A stretch of DNA of 64,000 bases from Eledone cirrhosa (GCA_964016885.1 OZ024757.1:26350001-26414000); one strand, 5' to 3'; shown: positions 39,117 through 54,192, numbered from the stretch's first letter. Made by a program: numbers and translations. Notes: generated by a model from the sequence alone, not told the origin.

Positions 39117-39215
39117 GACCCTGACGGCAGAGCTCAAGCCGTTTCGACAGCTATTTCTGGACTAAATTAGAATTTTTAGCCTGGTGAATAAATAGCTGAA
39201 CTTGTCAAGGGGGTA
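39117..39215 (-). ncRNA. Variant hammerhead motif (TTGACAA core)
   Basis: Minus strand ACCCCC-TTGACAA-stem II CAGCTATTT/AAATAGCTG-GAAA-CGGC TTGAGCTCT GCCG-TC-AGGGT; cleavage triplet GUC. Confidence 0.5.
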
Positions 39216-39477
39216 CTTCCTTATATATGTATATAGCGAGGTGGTGTTATTAAGTTAGACAGGGCCTGGGCCAATACTGGCCTAAACCTATCAAAGTTAT
39301 ATATATATAAGAAATGTTTATTTTGATATTATTCACTTTTTTCTTTGTTGCAACTTTACTGTCACCTTTTGTATTTCAAAGTCCGGTGGTGTGAAATACA
39401 TCGCACTTTGTTTTAGGATTGAAGTGACCTCTACAATTACATCGCACTTGTTTTAGGTTGTTACTAAGGGTCATAAC

Positions 39478-39662
39478 TGTTTCTACTTTAGGCGCAAGGC
39501 CAGCAATTATCCAGTGCGTTACTGGTACTTTATTTTATCGACCCCCCCGTAAGGATGAAAGGCAAAGTCAACCTCGGCGGGATTTGAACTCAGATCGTAA
39601 AGGGACGTAACTATGCTGGAAGGCATGGCGTCCGACCCTCTACCGATACTGCCAATCCACCG
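39478..39662 (-). mobile_element. Main-family SINE with target-site duplication
   Basis: Full copy. TACTAAGGGTCATAAC occurs on both sides (about 39462-39477 and 39664-39679). Confidence 0.9.
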
Positions 39663-40019
39663 ATACTAAGGGTCATAACAAACTGTAATGTCAGTTGTCT
39701 GTGTGAGTGAGTGTCTGTACAACATATACATACACACCAGGTCCGAACACAAAAAAACCAAACTCCCACTGTCACCGCCTCCATCTCTCCCACTCTCCCC
39801 ACCTCTCACTATTATGATATCATATGGGGGCCCACATGCTGGTCACCCCGCGACCCCGGAAGCCAGAGAAAGTTTTTAGAGAAAGTGTTTCCCTTTGGAG
39901 AAAACGGAAGTTTTCAGCTCTTCCATCACTTGTGTTGAAAATCCATAAGATGAAACAGGTGTTCTTGAAGATGGTTTGCAAACTGTTGCGGAATTAACTT
40001 ATATATATATTATATCAAT

Positions 40020-40220
40020 ATCATCATCATCATCGTTTAATGTCCATCTTCCACGCTAGCATGGGTTAGATGGATATGTCCAATTTAGAGGCAAGTTGGG
40101 TCGGGTGACCGTGTCTTGCTCATATAGGAGAGTTTGTGGCTGGTTTTCTACGGCTGGATGCCCATCCTAGCGCCAACCACATTTACAGTGTGTGCTGGGT
40201 GCTTTTTGTTGTGACACCTA

Positions 40221-40222
<2 letters not shown>
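40020..40222 (-). mobile_element. RTE family B 3' UTR fragment
   Basis: Tail and GGATGCCCATCCTAGCGCCAACCAC motif. Confidence 0.8.
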
Positions 40223-40302
<80 letters not shown>

Positions 40303-40389
40303 CATACATATAATAAAGTATTGTGTGTGTAAAATAATACACTGATATCTAATGGCTTCAAAGAAACCTAAATATCATAAACCCACACC

Positions 40390-41125
40390 CAGCTAAGCAA
40401 GAAGAAATGCAAAATAAAGGTGACAGGTGACATGGTTTAATCCACGATATTCAGTCAATGTTAGCGCTTAAATTGGAAAAATATTCCTCCATCTTGTAAA
40501 ATTTCACTTTCTCCCAACACATATATAAGAAAATTTTCAACACAAATTCACTCAAAGTAAGTTATTCTAAACTAACACATTATCACTCATTTATAATACA
40601 AAAAAAATGTTTTTTTAAAATAATGTATAAACGTAATTGCCAGAACACAAACAATATTAGCGCCCCAAAATGCCACCGTAATTCACAGATTGTATGGCCC
40701 ATAAATGGCAATTGTCTACAAAAATTAGTTATCGATGCAGCCACTGTCACATCTAACATTAACCAGAGCAGATTAGATTACATTGGTATGACAGCAAATC
40801 AATTTAAGATGAGATATAGTCAGCATAAATATACATTTAGAACACTACAAAGAAGATTGGACACAAGTTTAGCAACACTTATATGGCTTTTGTAAAATAA
40901 TAACATGACCTCCAATATCAGTTGGCAACATTTAGATAAAACTATATATAACCTTATATTCAATCCAATTTTTTTTTCTTGTAGCTTACGTACAAGAAGG
41001 AAAAATATTAATTTTGAGACAAAATAAGATAACATTGACTTAATTTCTTCTTGCCCACAGAAAGAAAACTACCCTATAGACATTATAATGATATTCTACC
41101 AATGGTATCCTGAAATATCCTGAAA
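40390..41125 (+). pseudogene. Penelope-like element, RT C-terminus/linker plus GIY-YIG endonuclease remnant
   Basis: VTWFNPRYSVNV..IGKIFL, KIFN.NSLKVSYS and PINGNCLQKLVIDAATV...YIGMTANQFKMRYSQHK.TF...TSLATLIW, with stops and frameshifts. Confidence 0.85.
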
Positions 41126-41184
41126 CATATATATATATATATACGATATTAAATAAATGGAAACTATATTTATAAAACCATATT

Positions 41185-41249
41185 TATTTCATTATACATA
41201 TTTCAGGGATACCAAATTAAAATATGGCATGCCTTCGTCAGATAAAATA
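41185..41249 (-). ncRNA. Minimal type-I hammerhead ribozyme motif
   Basis: TATTTTAT-CTGACGA-AGGCATGCCA..TGGTATCCCT-GAAA-TATGTA-TA-ATGAAATA. Homologous to 9004-9069, including flanks. Confidence 0.8.
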
Positions 41250-41775
41250 CAATATATAAACAGTTTTATAAATAATTATGAAATATGTATAATGAAATAA
41301 ATATGGTTTTATAAATATAGTTTCCATTTGTTTAATATCGTATATCTACTCCAAAAACTTGTTGAGTGCTTTATATCAGTTATAAAATATTTACTCGTTG
41401 TAACCCAACAATTTTAAATAAAACTTTTGCATATATATATATATATATTTATTTATATATATATATATAACTCTATCTATTACATGTTTCAGTCGACAGG
41501 CTGAGGCGATGCCTATAGTCTTCTAATGTATTGAGTACTTTTTAACAAGTCACTACTCATTGGGTATCCACCTATTATATATATGTATACATATATATTT
41601 ATATTTATCCGAACTAAGCCACCAGACTGGTGGCTTAGTTCGGATCTAGCTGTTGAAACGGCTGGAGCCCAACCGTTGGGGTCCTGACTATTTTCCTATT
41701 ACCCATTCTGCTACCCTACGTATTGAGTACTCTGGTATATTATGGTCCACCTGGTATCTTACCACACCCTCTTTG

Positions 41776-41817
<42 letters not shown>

Positions 41818-41827
41818 TTATATATAT

Positions 41828-42070
41828 ATCATCATCATGATCATCATCGTTTAACGTCCATCTTCCACGTTTGCATGGGTTTGGACGGGAGTTTTCCCAC
41901 TTGAGGCAAGATTGGTTGTCTTGCTCGTATAGGACTGTCTGGTGGGTTTTCTACGGCTGGATGCCCTTCCTAACGCCAACTACGTTTACAGTGTGGACTG
42001 GGAGGTTTTTACCATGTTAACCTACACGGCCACATTACAGCGTGGACTGTGTGTGTTTTTGTCGTGACAC
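41828..42070 (-). mobile_element. RTE family B 3' UTR fragment
   Basis: Tail and UTR motifs. Confidence 0.8.
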
Positions 42071-42127
42071 CATATATATATAAATAGAATTGAAGGCAGT
42101 GTTGCTGCATATGTAGAAATTTTATTG

Positions 42128-42217
42128 GCATATTACAATTGTTTCAATAACGATCACCTCAGGGTACAATCATAATAACTCAGGCCATACTCTTCTTTGA
42201 AATCTCCTCAGGTATAC
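42128..42217 (-). ncRNA. Hammerhead motif with long stem II
   Basis: GTATAC-CTGAGGA-...-GAAA-CAATTG-TA-ATATGC; palindromic stem III, weak stem II. Confidence 0.55.
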
Positions 42218-42339
42218 GAGTTTATATGAGCAAAGACACATCCAATGGAAGTCAATTCTATATAAAATAAAATTGCCTATACTATATATATATAATTCCA
42301 ACCTGCCCGTCCCCTTAATCTATCTTATTTCTCATTCTT

Positions 42340-42375
42340 TCTTCTGATGAAAGACTAGTGTCCGAAACGTTAAGA
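42340..42375 (+). ncRNA. Minimal type-I hammerhead ribozyme motif
   Basis: TCTT-CTGATGA-AAGACTAGTGTCC-GAAA-CG-TT-AAGA, the classic CGAAACGTT minimal form. Confidence 0.75.
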
Positions 42376-42577
42376 CCCTCTTCCTGCTATATCAAGCTTT
42401 AACCTAATATATCCCTTCCATATACTGTACCGATTGTGTTGTTATTTCTGTTTACCTTTTACATACATACATATATATTCACATATATATATATATATAT
42501 ATATATATTTCATTTTGTTTCAGAATTTGTTTAGCAAGATTCTTTATCTGAAAATGTGTGTTATATAACAATATATA

Positions 42578-42626
<49 letters not shown>

Positions 42627-42672
42627 CATTTTTTTTTCATCATTTTACATCCGCTTTTCCCTGCTTGCAAGA

Positions 42673-42815
<143 letters not shown>

Positions 42816-42851
42816 ATATATATATACATATATATATATATACATATATAT

Positions 42852-43016
<165 letters not shown>

Positions 43017-43245
43017 GATATAGAAGATAGGTAGGTAGAGAATATCTATGAAGTTAATCCATATATCTGAGTTAGATATAGATAGATAGATATATTTAGA
43101 TATTTCTAGAAACAAAAGATGAGGACATTATCTACATGTTACAGTACTGTTAGGGTGATATTGAAAAGACTTTTCATGCTTGAGTTTCATTTTTGTATAC
43201 GCATGTACAAATATATGCCTGTGTGTATGTGAGTGTTGGTGCCTG

Positions 43246-43280
<35 letters not shown>

Positions 43281-43287
43281 ATGTGTC

Positions 43288-43336
<49 letters not shown>

Positions 43337-43374
43337 ATATGTATATATATTTATATATATATATATATATATGA

Positions 43375-43422
<48 letters not shown>

Positions 43423-43555
43423 GTATATATGTCATCATCATCATCATAATCATCATTTCATTTTACATCCGCTTTTTCCCTGCTTGCAAGGGTGGGACGG
43501 GAACTGATTCTGGTTTGATTTCTACAGCTGAGTAAACTATATGTATATATATAGG

Positions 43556-43614
<59 letters not shown>

Positions 43615-43627
43615 GTATATATGTATC

Positions 43628-43659
<32 letters not shown>

Positions 43660-43691
43660 TATATGTATATATATATGTGTATATATATATG

Positions 43692-43736
<45 letters not shown>

Positions 43737-44363
43737 GCATGTATATATATGTATATATGTGTGAGATCCACTATATATCTGTATAATATACATTCAGATC
43801 CAGTATATATATATATAAAACACTGTTGAAGTCATTAAGCAACAATAATACTGTAAAATTACAAGCAAGTTGTCTTTGATGCAACTGAGGGAACTGTACC
43901 GATACATGCACACATACATACATACATACAGACACATATATATATATACATATATACATAAGTACATATATATATATATATGCACATACATACATACATA
44001 CATAGACTTGTACACACATACATACATACAGACACATATATATACATACATATATACATAAGTACATATATATATACATGCACATGCACATGCATACACT
44101 CATACACATACATACATAGACACACATATATATATACATACATATATACATAAGTACATATATATATACATGCACACGCACATACATACATACACTTATA
44201 CACACATTCATACATAGACACACATATAGACATACATATATACATACATAAGTACACATATATATATATATACACAAACACACTAGTACAGACACATATA
44301 TATATGTATATATGCATATATTTGTACATATATATAAATATATATTATATATATTATACATAC

Positions 44364-44394
<31 letters not shown>

Positions 44395-44489
44395 CATACA
44401 TGTATATGTATGTCCATATGTGTTAGCTTCTTAGTTTTGTTTCTTTTAGCATTTTACAATATTTTGTGTGGTTTTGACAGTTTGCCTTC

Positions 44490-46718
44490 TTCTCCACCAC
44501 CATCACCACCAACGCTACCACCACTGCACATAATCACAACCAGCCCCCCCCCACCATCAACACCACCACCACCACCATCACACACCACCATAAACACCAA
44601 CTTCCCCACCATCACCACCATCAAGACCACCACCACCACCACCACCACCATCAACACCACCACAAACACCACCAACACCAGCACCACCACGATCAACACC
44701 ACCACCACCACCATCAACACCACCACAAACACCACAATCACAACCAACCCCGCCATCAACACCACCACCACAAACACCATCTTCACCACCACCACCACCA
44801 CCACCACACACCATCATTGACCCCACCACCCTGCTGACCTGCCGCCACTATAACAGACTCCACTACTACCACCACCGTTGACGCCCCCACCACCACAGAC
44901 ACTACCACTACCACTATGAACACCATACACCACAAAAGACACCACCAATATTACCATCACAGAAACCACCACCACCACCCTCTACAGTCACTACCAATAC
45001 CACCACTACCACCAACACAACCACTGCTACCACAACCACCACCACCACCACCACCGACACCATCACCCTCTACAGTCACTACCACTACCACCACTACAGC
45101 CACTACTACCACCAACACGGCCACTACCACCACCATCACCACCACCACCACCAACACTATCACCTCCACTGTCACCACCTCCACCACAAACCTCAACAGA
45201 GCCACTATCACTACCAGCACCACTGGCACCACCACTACCTCCACCACAGCCACTACCACCACAACCACCACCACAGCCATCACTGCCTCCACTATCACCT
45301 CCTTTGTCACCACCTCCACCACAGCCATCACTGCCACCACAACCACCATCACAGCCACTACCACCACAACCACTATCACCTCCAACATAACCACCACCAC
45401 TACCAGCACAGCCACTACCACCAACACCACCATCACAGCCACTACCACCACAACCACTACCACTTCCACCACTACCAGCACAGCAACTACCACCAACACC
45501 ACCACCAACAGCCACTACCTCTACCACTATCACCACCACCACCATCATAGCCACTACCGCCACTACCGCCACCACCACCATCACAGCCACTACCTCTACC
45601 ACTATCACCACCACCACCATCACAGCCACTACCACCACTACTGCCACCACCACCATCACAGCCACTACCTCTACTACCATCACCACCACCACTACCACCA
45701 ACAACACCACCACTACCACAGCCACTACCACCACCACTACCACAGCCATTACCACAGCCACCACCACAGCCACCACCACCAACAGCATCACCACCACAGC
45801 CACCACCACCACAACCACTACCACAGCCACCACCACCAACAGCACCACCACAGCCACTACCACAACCACTATCACAGCCACTACCACCACCACCACCACC
45901 ACAACCACAGCCACTACCACAGCCAGCACCACCAGCACCACCACTACCACAGCCACCACCACCAACAGCACCACCACAGCCACTACCACAGCCACTACCA
46001 CCACCACCACTGACACTACCACAGCCACTACCACCACCACCACCACTGACACCACCACTACCACAGCCACCACCACCACCACTACCACAGCCACCACCAC
46101 ATCCACCACCACAGCCACTACCACATCCACCACCACAGCCACTACCACAGCCACCACCACAGCCACCACCACCACCACCAACACCATCACCACCACCACC
46201 ACCACTACCACAGCCACCACCACTACTGACACCACCACCACCACCACCACCACCACCACCACAGCCACCACCAAACCACCACCACCACCACAGCCACCAC
46301 CAAACCACCACCACCACCACTACTGACACCACCACCACCACCACCACCACCACCACCACCACCACCACAGCCACCACCAAACCACCACCACCACCACCAC
46401 CACCACCACCACCACCACCACCACCACAGCCACCACCACCACCACCACCACCAACACCATCACCACCACCACCACCACCAACACCACCACTACCACAGCC
46501 ACCACCACCACCACAGCCACCACCACCACCACCACTGACACCACCACCACCACCACAGCCACCACCAAACCACCACCACCACAGCCACCACCAAACCACC
46601 ACCACCACAGCCACCACCACCACCACCACCACCACAGCCACCACCAAACCACCACCACCACAGCCACCACCACCACCACCACCACCACCACCATCACCAC
46701 CACCACCACTGACCCCAC
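44490..46718. repeat. ~2.2-kb degenerate (CCA)n array
   Basis: Direct inspection. Confidence 0.95.
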
Positions 46719-46792
46719 CATCAGTGGCGTTGGCAATGTTTCTATAGTGTTCTCTCCCCTTTAAGAGAATGTGTAAGTTGGTGAGCACCAAT
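46719..46792 (-). CDS. Candidate exon
   Basis: Acceptor ctgcatttcctgcag|A and donor GATG|gtgggg. Single open frame (R)[24 protein letters not shown], phase-compatible with the 53677 donor. Confidence 0.35.
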
Positions 46793-47159
46793 CTGCAGGA
46801 AATGCAGTAGAGAAATCAATATACTCAGAGATGGATGTTGGGAAATATATTATTATTCTTCATTCCATATTCCCCATATTGCAGTTGACACACACACATA
46901 TACACATACACACACACACACACATACACATACACAGACACACACACAGACACACGCTCAACTGACACACACAGGCATTACATGTACATACACATACACA
47001 CATACACATACACAGGCATCGCACACGAGCACATATGTGTGCATGAGTAAATATAGATACATACATATATATATATATGTATATATGCATGTGTATATAT
47101 ATACACATGCATATACATGCATATATATTTTTATATATATATGTATGTATATATATATG

Positions 47160-47214
<55 letters not shown>

Positions 47215-47658
47215 ATATATATATATATATGTATGTATCTATATATATATGTGTATATATAGATATGTATATATATATATGTGTGTGTGTATATATATGT
47301 GTGTGTATATATATATATATATGTATGTATCTATATATATATGTGTATATATAGATATGTATATATATATATGTGTGTGTGTATATATATGTATGTGCAT
47401 ATATATGTATAAATATATATATATATGTGTGTGTGTGTGTATACATATATATATTATATATATATGTACATGTATATATAGATATACATGTAAACATATA
47501 TATATGTTTACATGTATATCTATATATACATGTCCATATATATATAATATATATAAGTATACACATATATATGCATGTTCATATATATTATATATATATA
47601 TATGATACACATACACATACATATATATATATAAATGTGTGTGTAAAACACACATATA

Positions 47659-47739
<81 letters not shown>

Positions 47740-47977
47740 ATATATATATATGCACATTAGTATGTCTGTGTCTGTCTCTGTCCAACCAATGCCAACATGG
47801 AAAAAAAGGGAAATTAAATGTTGTTGCTGATGATGGTGGTGACGGTGGTGGTGGTGGTGGTGGTGGTGGTGGTGGTGGTAACAATGGTGTACTCACATAG
47901 ATACACTTACACATTCACACACACACACACATGTATACATACACATGTGCATATATATATATATATATAGTCAGATG

Positions 47978-48011
<34 letters not shown>

Positions 48012-48070
48012 AACACACACACGTATACATACACATGTGCATATATATATATATATATAGTCAGATGTAC

Positions 48071-48118
<48 letters not shown>

Positions 48119-48137
48119 ACACACACACATAAACACT

Positions 48138-48192
<55 letters not shown>

Positions 48193-48367
48193 ACACACAC
48201 ACACACAAACACTCACATATATATGTGTATATATATATATATACACACATATACATACGTATATATATACATATACATATATATCCACACACTCACACAC
48301 AAATATATACAGGCACATGGACACATTTACACGCACACACACACACATATATATACACACACACACT

Positions 48368-48411
<44 letters not shown>

Positions 48412-48989
48412 TACACACACATATATATATATATATATATACATACCCACATAAAGGCACATGCACACTTGTACACACACACATATACACACACACACAT
48501 AAGACCATATGCAAGGTTAATACCCAATATTGCACGCTGCCCTATCAGCTGTCATTGAATACATGCAGTGTATTTCAAGTGTGCTGCTTACTGTACCAGT
48601 TATAATATGGGGGTGGATGGTGGCAATGAGAAGGGGGTGGTAGATAAGTCAGGGTAGATGTGTCCTTAGCTAGGGTAACTGTATTATGATATCAGGGGTA
48701 GACAGGTGTACAGGTATGATGGTCTGTGTCCAGGTAGATGGGTGTAGATGTGAGTTCAAGTGTGTGTCTGTCTGTGTGTGTATGTGTGTGTGTGTGTGTG
48801 AACCTACAGGCTTGGGTATATTCGTGGGTTGGGTAGGTAATTGTGTGTCAAAATGTATGGGTAGATGTGAGTTCTTGTCTGTGTGGGTGAACCTACAAGT
48901 GTGTGTCTGTGTGTGTGTGTGTGTGTGTGGGTGAACCTACATGCTTGGGTAGATAATTGTGTGTTATTATGTAATGGTAGGTGTGACTG

Positions 48990-50272
48990 TATGTGTATGT
49001 GTGGGTGTATGGGTAGACGTGAGTTCATGTGTCTGTATGTGTGGGTAGACGTGAGTTCATGTGTCTGTATGTGTGGGTGTATGGGTAGACGTGAGTTCAT
49101 GTCTGTATGTGTGGGTGGGTGTATGGGTAGACGTGAGTTCATGTGTCTGTGTGGGTGGGTGTATGGGTAGACGTGAGTTCATGTGTCTGTATGTGTGGGT
49201 GTATGGGTAGATATGGGTTTATGTGTCTGTATGTGTGGGTGTATGGGTAGACGTAAGTTCATGTGTCTGTATGTGTGGGTGGGTGTATGGGTAGACGTGA
49301 GTTCATGTGTCTGTATGTGTATGTGTGGGTGTATGGGTAGACGTGAGTTTATGTGTCTGTATGTGTGGGTGGGTGTATGGGTAGACGTGAGTTCATGTGT
49401 CTGTATGTGTATGTGTGGGTGTATGGGTAGACATGGGTTTATGTGTCTGTATGTGTGGGTGTATGGGTAGACGTGAGTTCATGTGTCTGTATGTGTGGGT
49501 GTATGGGTAGACGTGAGTTCATGTGTCTGTATGTGTGAGTGTATGGGTAGACGTGAGTTCATGTGTCTGTATGTGTGGGTGGGTGTATGGGTAGACGTGA
49601 GTTCATGTGTCTGTGTGGGTGGGTGGGTGGGTGTATGGGTAGACGTGAGTTCATGTGTCTATGTGTGGGTGTATGGGTAGACGTGAGTTCATGTATCTGT
49701 ATGTGTGGGTGGGTGTATGGGTAGACGTGAGTTCATGTGTCTGTATGTGTATGTGTGGGTGTATGGGTAGACATGGGTTTATGTGTCTGTATGTGTGGGT
49801 GTATGGGTAGACGTGAGTTCATGTGTCTGTATGTGTGGGTGTATGGGTAGACGTGAGTTCATGTGTCTGTATGTGTGAGTGTATGGGTAGACGTGAGTTC
49901 ATGTGTCTGTATGTGTGGGTGGGTGTATGGGTAGACGTGAGTTCATGTGTCTGTATGTGTGGGTGTATGGGTAGAGGTAAGTTCATGTGTCTGTGTGGGT
50001 GGGTAGGTGTATGGGTAGACGTGAGTTCATGTGTCTGTATGTGTGGGTGTATGGGTAGACGCAAGTTCATGTGTCTGTGTGGGTGGGTGGGTGTATGGGT
50101 AGACGTGAGTTCATGTGTCTGTATGTGTGGGTGGGTGTATGGGTAGACGTGAGTTCATGTGTCTGTATGTGTGGGTAGATGTGAGTTCATGTGTCTGTGT
50201 GGGTGGGTGGGTGTATGGGTAGACGTGAGTTCATGTGTCTGTGTGGGTGGGTGGGTGTATGGGTAGACGTTT
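48990..50272. repeat. ~40-50-bp minisatellite (~28 copies)
   Basis: Core GTGTATGGGTAGACGTGAGTTCATGTGTCTGT with variable GT/GGGT linkers. Confidence 0.95.
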
Positions 50273-50366
50273 GGGTAGATTCGTGGGTAGGTGTGTATTA
50301 AAATGTATGGGTAGATTTGAATATATATGTGTATGTCTGTTTATCTGGATGAAAGAGTATATTTTA

Positions 50367-50423
<57 letters not shown>

Positions 50424-51131
50424 CCTAGGTGTATATATAAGTAGTAGGTAGACGTGTGTCTGTATATATGGGTAGATTTCATTATACATGTGTGTGGGTA
50501 GATTTGAGTATGTGTGTGTGTGTGTGTGCCTAGGTGTATATATAAGTAGTAGGTAGACGTGTGTCTGTATATATGGGTAGATTTCATTATACATGTGTGT
50601 GGGTAGATTTGAGTATGTGGGTGTGTGTGTGTGTGTATAGGGTAGGTTTGAGTATGTATATATATATATGTGTGAGTATGTGTGGGTGAAGATGGTTGGG
50701 TAAGAAATATGGTTGATGAGTGGAGTGGATGTACATGTAGATATGTGGGTAAAAGGATGAGCAAGGGGTGGGGATGAGTGAGTGGGGAAGAAAGGGACAA
50801 GTAGGTGGATGGATGAGCAGGGGGTGACTTAGTAGATGTATGGATGGCTAAGTGGGTAGAGAGATGAAGAGGTGGTTGGATGAATAGGGGGTGGATATAT
50901 GGGTGGATAGATGAATAATTAGCTGGATGGATATATCTATGGGTTGGGTAGGTGTAGGATTTGGTGGTTGGGTAGATTTATGGTGAGTTAGATGTGTTGA
51001 TATGTAGGTAGAGGAAAGGATGACTGGATTGTCACATGTATATGGAGATGGATGGGTAGAATTGTGGGTAGATGTGTGGAGAGATGGAGGAGTAGAAGGG
51101 TTTCTAGATGGAGGGGTAGAATTGTGGGTAT

Positions 51132-51585
51132 ATCATCATCATCATCATCATCATCGTTTAACGTCTATCTTCCACACTAGCATGGGTTTAGACGGGAATT
51201 GTCCCACTTGAGGCAAGATTGGTCGTCTCGCTCGTATGAGACTGTCTGGCAGGTTTTCTACAGCTGGATGCCCTTCCTAACACCAACCATGTTTACAGTG
51301 TGGACTGGGAGGTTTTTACCGTGTTACCTACACGGCCACATTACAGCGTGGACTGTGTGTTTTTTTGTCGTGACACCTACACGACCTCATTTATTTTGGA
51401 CTGGATGTTGTGGTACCAACATAACTTTACAGAGAAAGGGGTGGTGTTGGTGGGGGTGGGAGTAGGCGTAGTGGGATGGGGGTGTATATTGGTTAAGAGG
51501 TGCCTACTGACTGTAGGTCTTCTGTATTACTGCGTAGCGCCAAAGATCTCGGTCCAGTGACATTTTCTTGGAGAGGTGAGGTATA
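51132..51585 (-). mobile_element. RTE family B 3' end
   Basis: Tail, 3' UTR and ORF end (MSLDRDLWRYAVIQKT). Confidence 0.85.
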
Positions 51586-51649
51586 GGAAAGTAAACAGAT
51601 ATCTATGTAGATAAATATGAACGGGCAAATTATAAAAAGTGCGTTGGTA

Positions 51650-51862
51650 GATTTTACAGAGTGTACTCGGTGCATTTTATTATGGTGCCTGTACTATCTG
51701 TTTACAGTGTGTCCTGGATGCATTTTATCGTGGCACTAGCACTAACTCCTAACAGAGTGAACTGGGTGCATATTATCATGGCAACAGCACTACCTGTTTA
51801 CAGAGTGTACTTGGTGTATTTTAACATGGCACCAGCACTAACATTTTACAGAGTGGGCTGGG
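51650..51862 (-). repeat. Degenerate ~50-bp tandem repeat related to the RTE 3' UTR unit
   Basis: Recurring TTTACAGAGTG.ACTGGGTGCATTTTAT.ATGGCAC.AGCACTA. Confidence 0.7.
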
Positions 51863-51993
51863 TGGCAACACAAATGAGGCCACCAATATTGGCAGAAGGG
51901 AGAAAGGAAGTTATCTGCAAACCAGAGAGCTGACCCAAATGCTTGCAACAGAGTGAGACTCTGCTAAAGACATCCAAGGGTCTAGTAGTGGGC

Positions 51994-52242
51994 TTAACCC
52001 TTTAGCATTTAAACCGGCCATATCCGGCCAGAATTCTCTCACCTCTTTCTGTTCAAACTGGCCATAACCAGCTGTTCATACTTATATTAAGGTTTTTGTT
52101 CTCAAAATCTATAATATCAAAATCTCATGTGAGATAATTATTTGATATAAAGTGTTTCCCGTGAAAATACAATAGTAAATATAGAGTGGAAGATGGACGT
52201 TAAACAATGATGATGAGAGTAATGTAAATGCTAAAGGGTTAA
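51994..52242. mobile_element. piggyBac-type MITE inserted at a TTAA of a 61-bp repeat; carries a 28-bp RTE tail
   Basis: TTAA-CCCTTTAGC...GCTAAAGGG-TTAA. The insert at 52188-52215 is flanked by AGAGT. Confidence 0.85.
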
Positions 52243-52505
52243 GCCAGATGACAGATCAACTGTACTTGTGACCAAAGTTGACCATAGTAAGTAGTGGGCT
52301 TAAGCCAGATGACAGATCAACTGTACTTGCCCCCAAATTTGACCACAGTAAGTAGTGGGCTTAAGCCAGATGACAGATCAACTATACTTGCCCCCAAATT
52401 TGACCACAGTAAGTAGTGGGCTTAAGCCAGATGACAGATCAACTGTACTTGCCACCAATGTTGACCACAGTAAGTAGTGGGCTTAAGCCAAATGACAGAT
52501 CAACT
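52239..52505. repeat. 61-bp tandem repeat (~4.4 copies)
   Basis: Unit TTAAGCCAGATGACAGATCAACTGTACTTGCCCCCAAATTTGACCACAGTAAGTAGTGGGC. Confidence 0.9.
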
Positions 52506-52507
52506 CT

Positions 52508-52812
52508 ATGACAAAAAGCACCCAGCCCACACAGCAAAGTGGTCATTTTGGTGGCATAACAAAAAACGCCCAGTACTCAATGTAAAGTGGTCGTGGAAGC
52601 GTCACAACAAAAAGCACCCAATACTCACTGTAAATGAGGTTGCCGCTAAAAAGGGCATCCAGCTATAGAAACTAAGCCAAAATCAGTTCTGTATGAGCAA
52701 GACATGGTCACCTGACCTGACATCTCTCACAACAGGATAGCTCATCTAACCCAAACAAGCATAGGAAAATGGACATTACATTAAACAGCGATGATGATGA
52801 TGATGATGATGA
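52508..52812 (+). mobile_element. Diverged RTE 3' UTR fragment
   Basis: AAGGGCATCCAGCTATAGAAAC...GGACATTA..GATGATGAT. Confidence 0.75.
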
Positions 52813-53089
52813 ATGCAACGCAGAGCTGTAACAAATAGTTGAAGGCATCTTGTATCGAATGCTCTAACAATTCTACCAACCCAATACCCATGTGTTCCCT
52901 GGTTCTGGGTTATAGAGGAGATCCATCATGTACCTGGGTGTGATAAGAGGCAACTGAAAGGATTCGTGTCAGGAGGGGAATCTGACCATAAAATATGGCC
53001 TGAAAACACTAAAAACAAACAAAAAACAAAAAAACTGCATAGAAAAGCAACTGTAATTTTGATGATGTATGTGTGTGTGTGTATTTATA

Positions 53090-53130
<41 letters not shown>

Positions 53131-53154
53131 GTGTGTATATATATATATATACAC

Positions 53155-53399
<245 letters not shown>

Positions 53400-53407
53400 T
53401 ATATATA

Positions 53408-53511
<104 letters not shown>

Positions 53512-53535
53512 TATATATACACATATATATATATC

Positions 53536-53566
<31 letters not shown>

Positions 53567-53567
53567 G

Positions 53568-53599
<32 letters not shown>

Positions 53600-53676
53600 A
53601 TATATTAGGATTCACGAGGAAGAGGAAGAGTACCCAATATATGTAGTAGAGTTTATTTATTGAATCTCTTTGTCAC

Positions 53677-53723
53677 CTGAATGAATTCACAAGAGCAAGA
53701 TACTCAAAATAGTAAATCACCTG
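53677..53723 (-). CDS. Candidate short exon
   Basis: Unique island in (TA)n. Acceptor ttcatttgcag|CAG and donor CAG|gtgaca. Only open frame is [15 protein letters not shown](R). Confidence 0.35.
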
Positions 53724-53780
53724 CTGCAAATGAATTACACACACACACATATATATATATACACACATATTTATACACAC

Positions 53781-53817
<37 letters not shown>

Positions 53818-54192
53818 CATACTTGTATATATATATATATATATATACATACTTGTATATATATATACACATACACACACACATACACATATATATCTAT
53901 ATATATACATATATATATATATCTATATATATACATATATATATATATATATACATGTATATATATATATTATATATTATATATATATATAGATATATAG
54001 ATATACATATATATATATACATGTATATATATTATATACATATATATGTACATATATATATATGTATATATCTATATATATATATATATACACATATATA
54101 TATATATACATATATATATACATATATATATATATATGTATATATCTATATATATATATACACATATATGTATATATATATACACATATATG

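Noticed and set aside
44916-46791. Mucin-like Thr/His-rich and Gly/Cys-rich ORFs
   Set aside because: Degenerate (CCA)n array. Only the last 74 nt look like a real exon.
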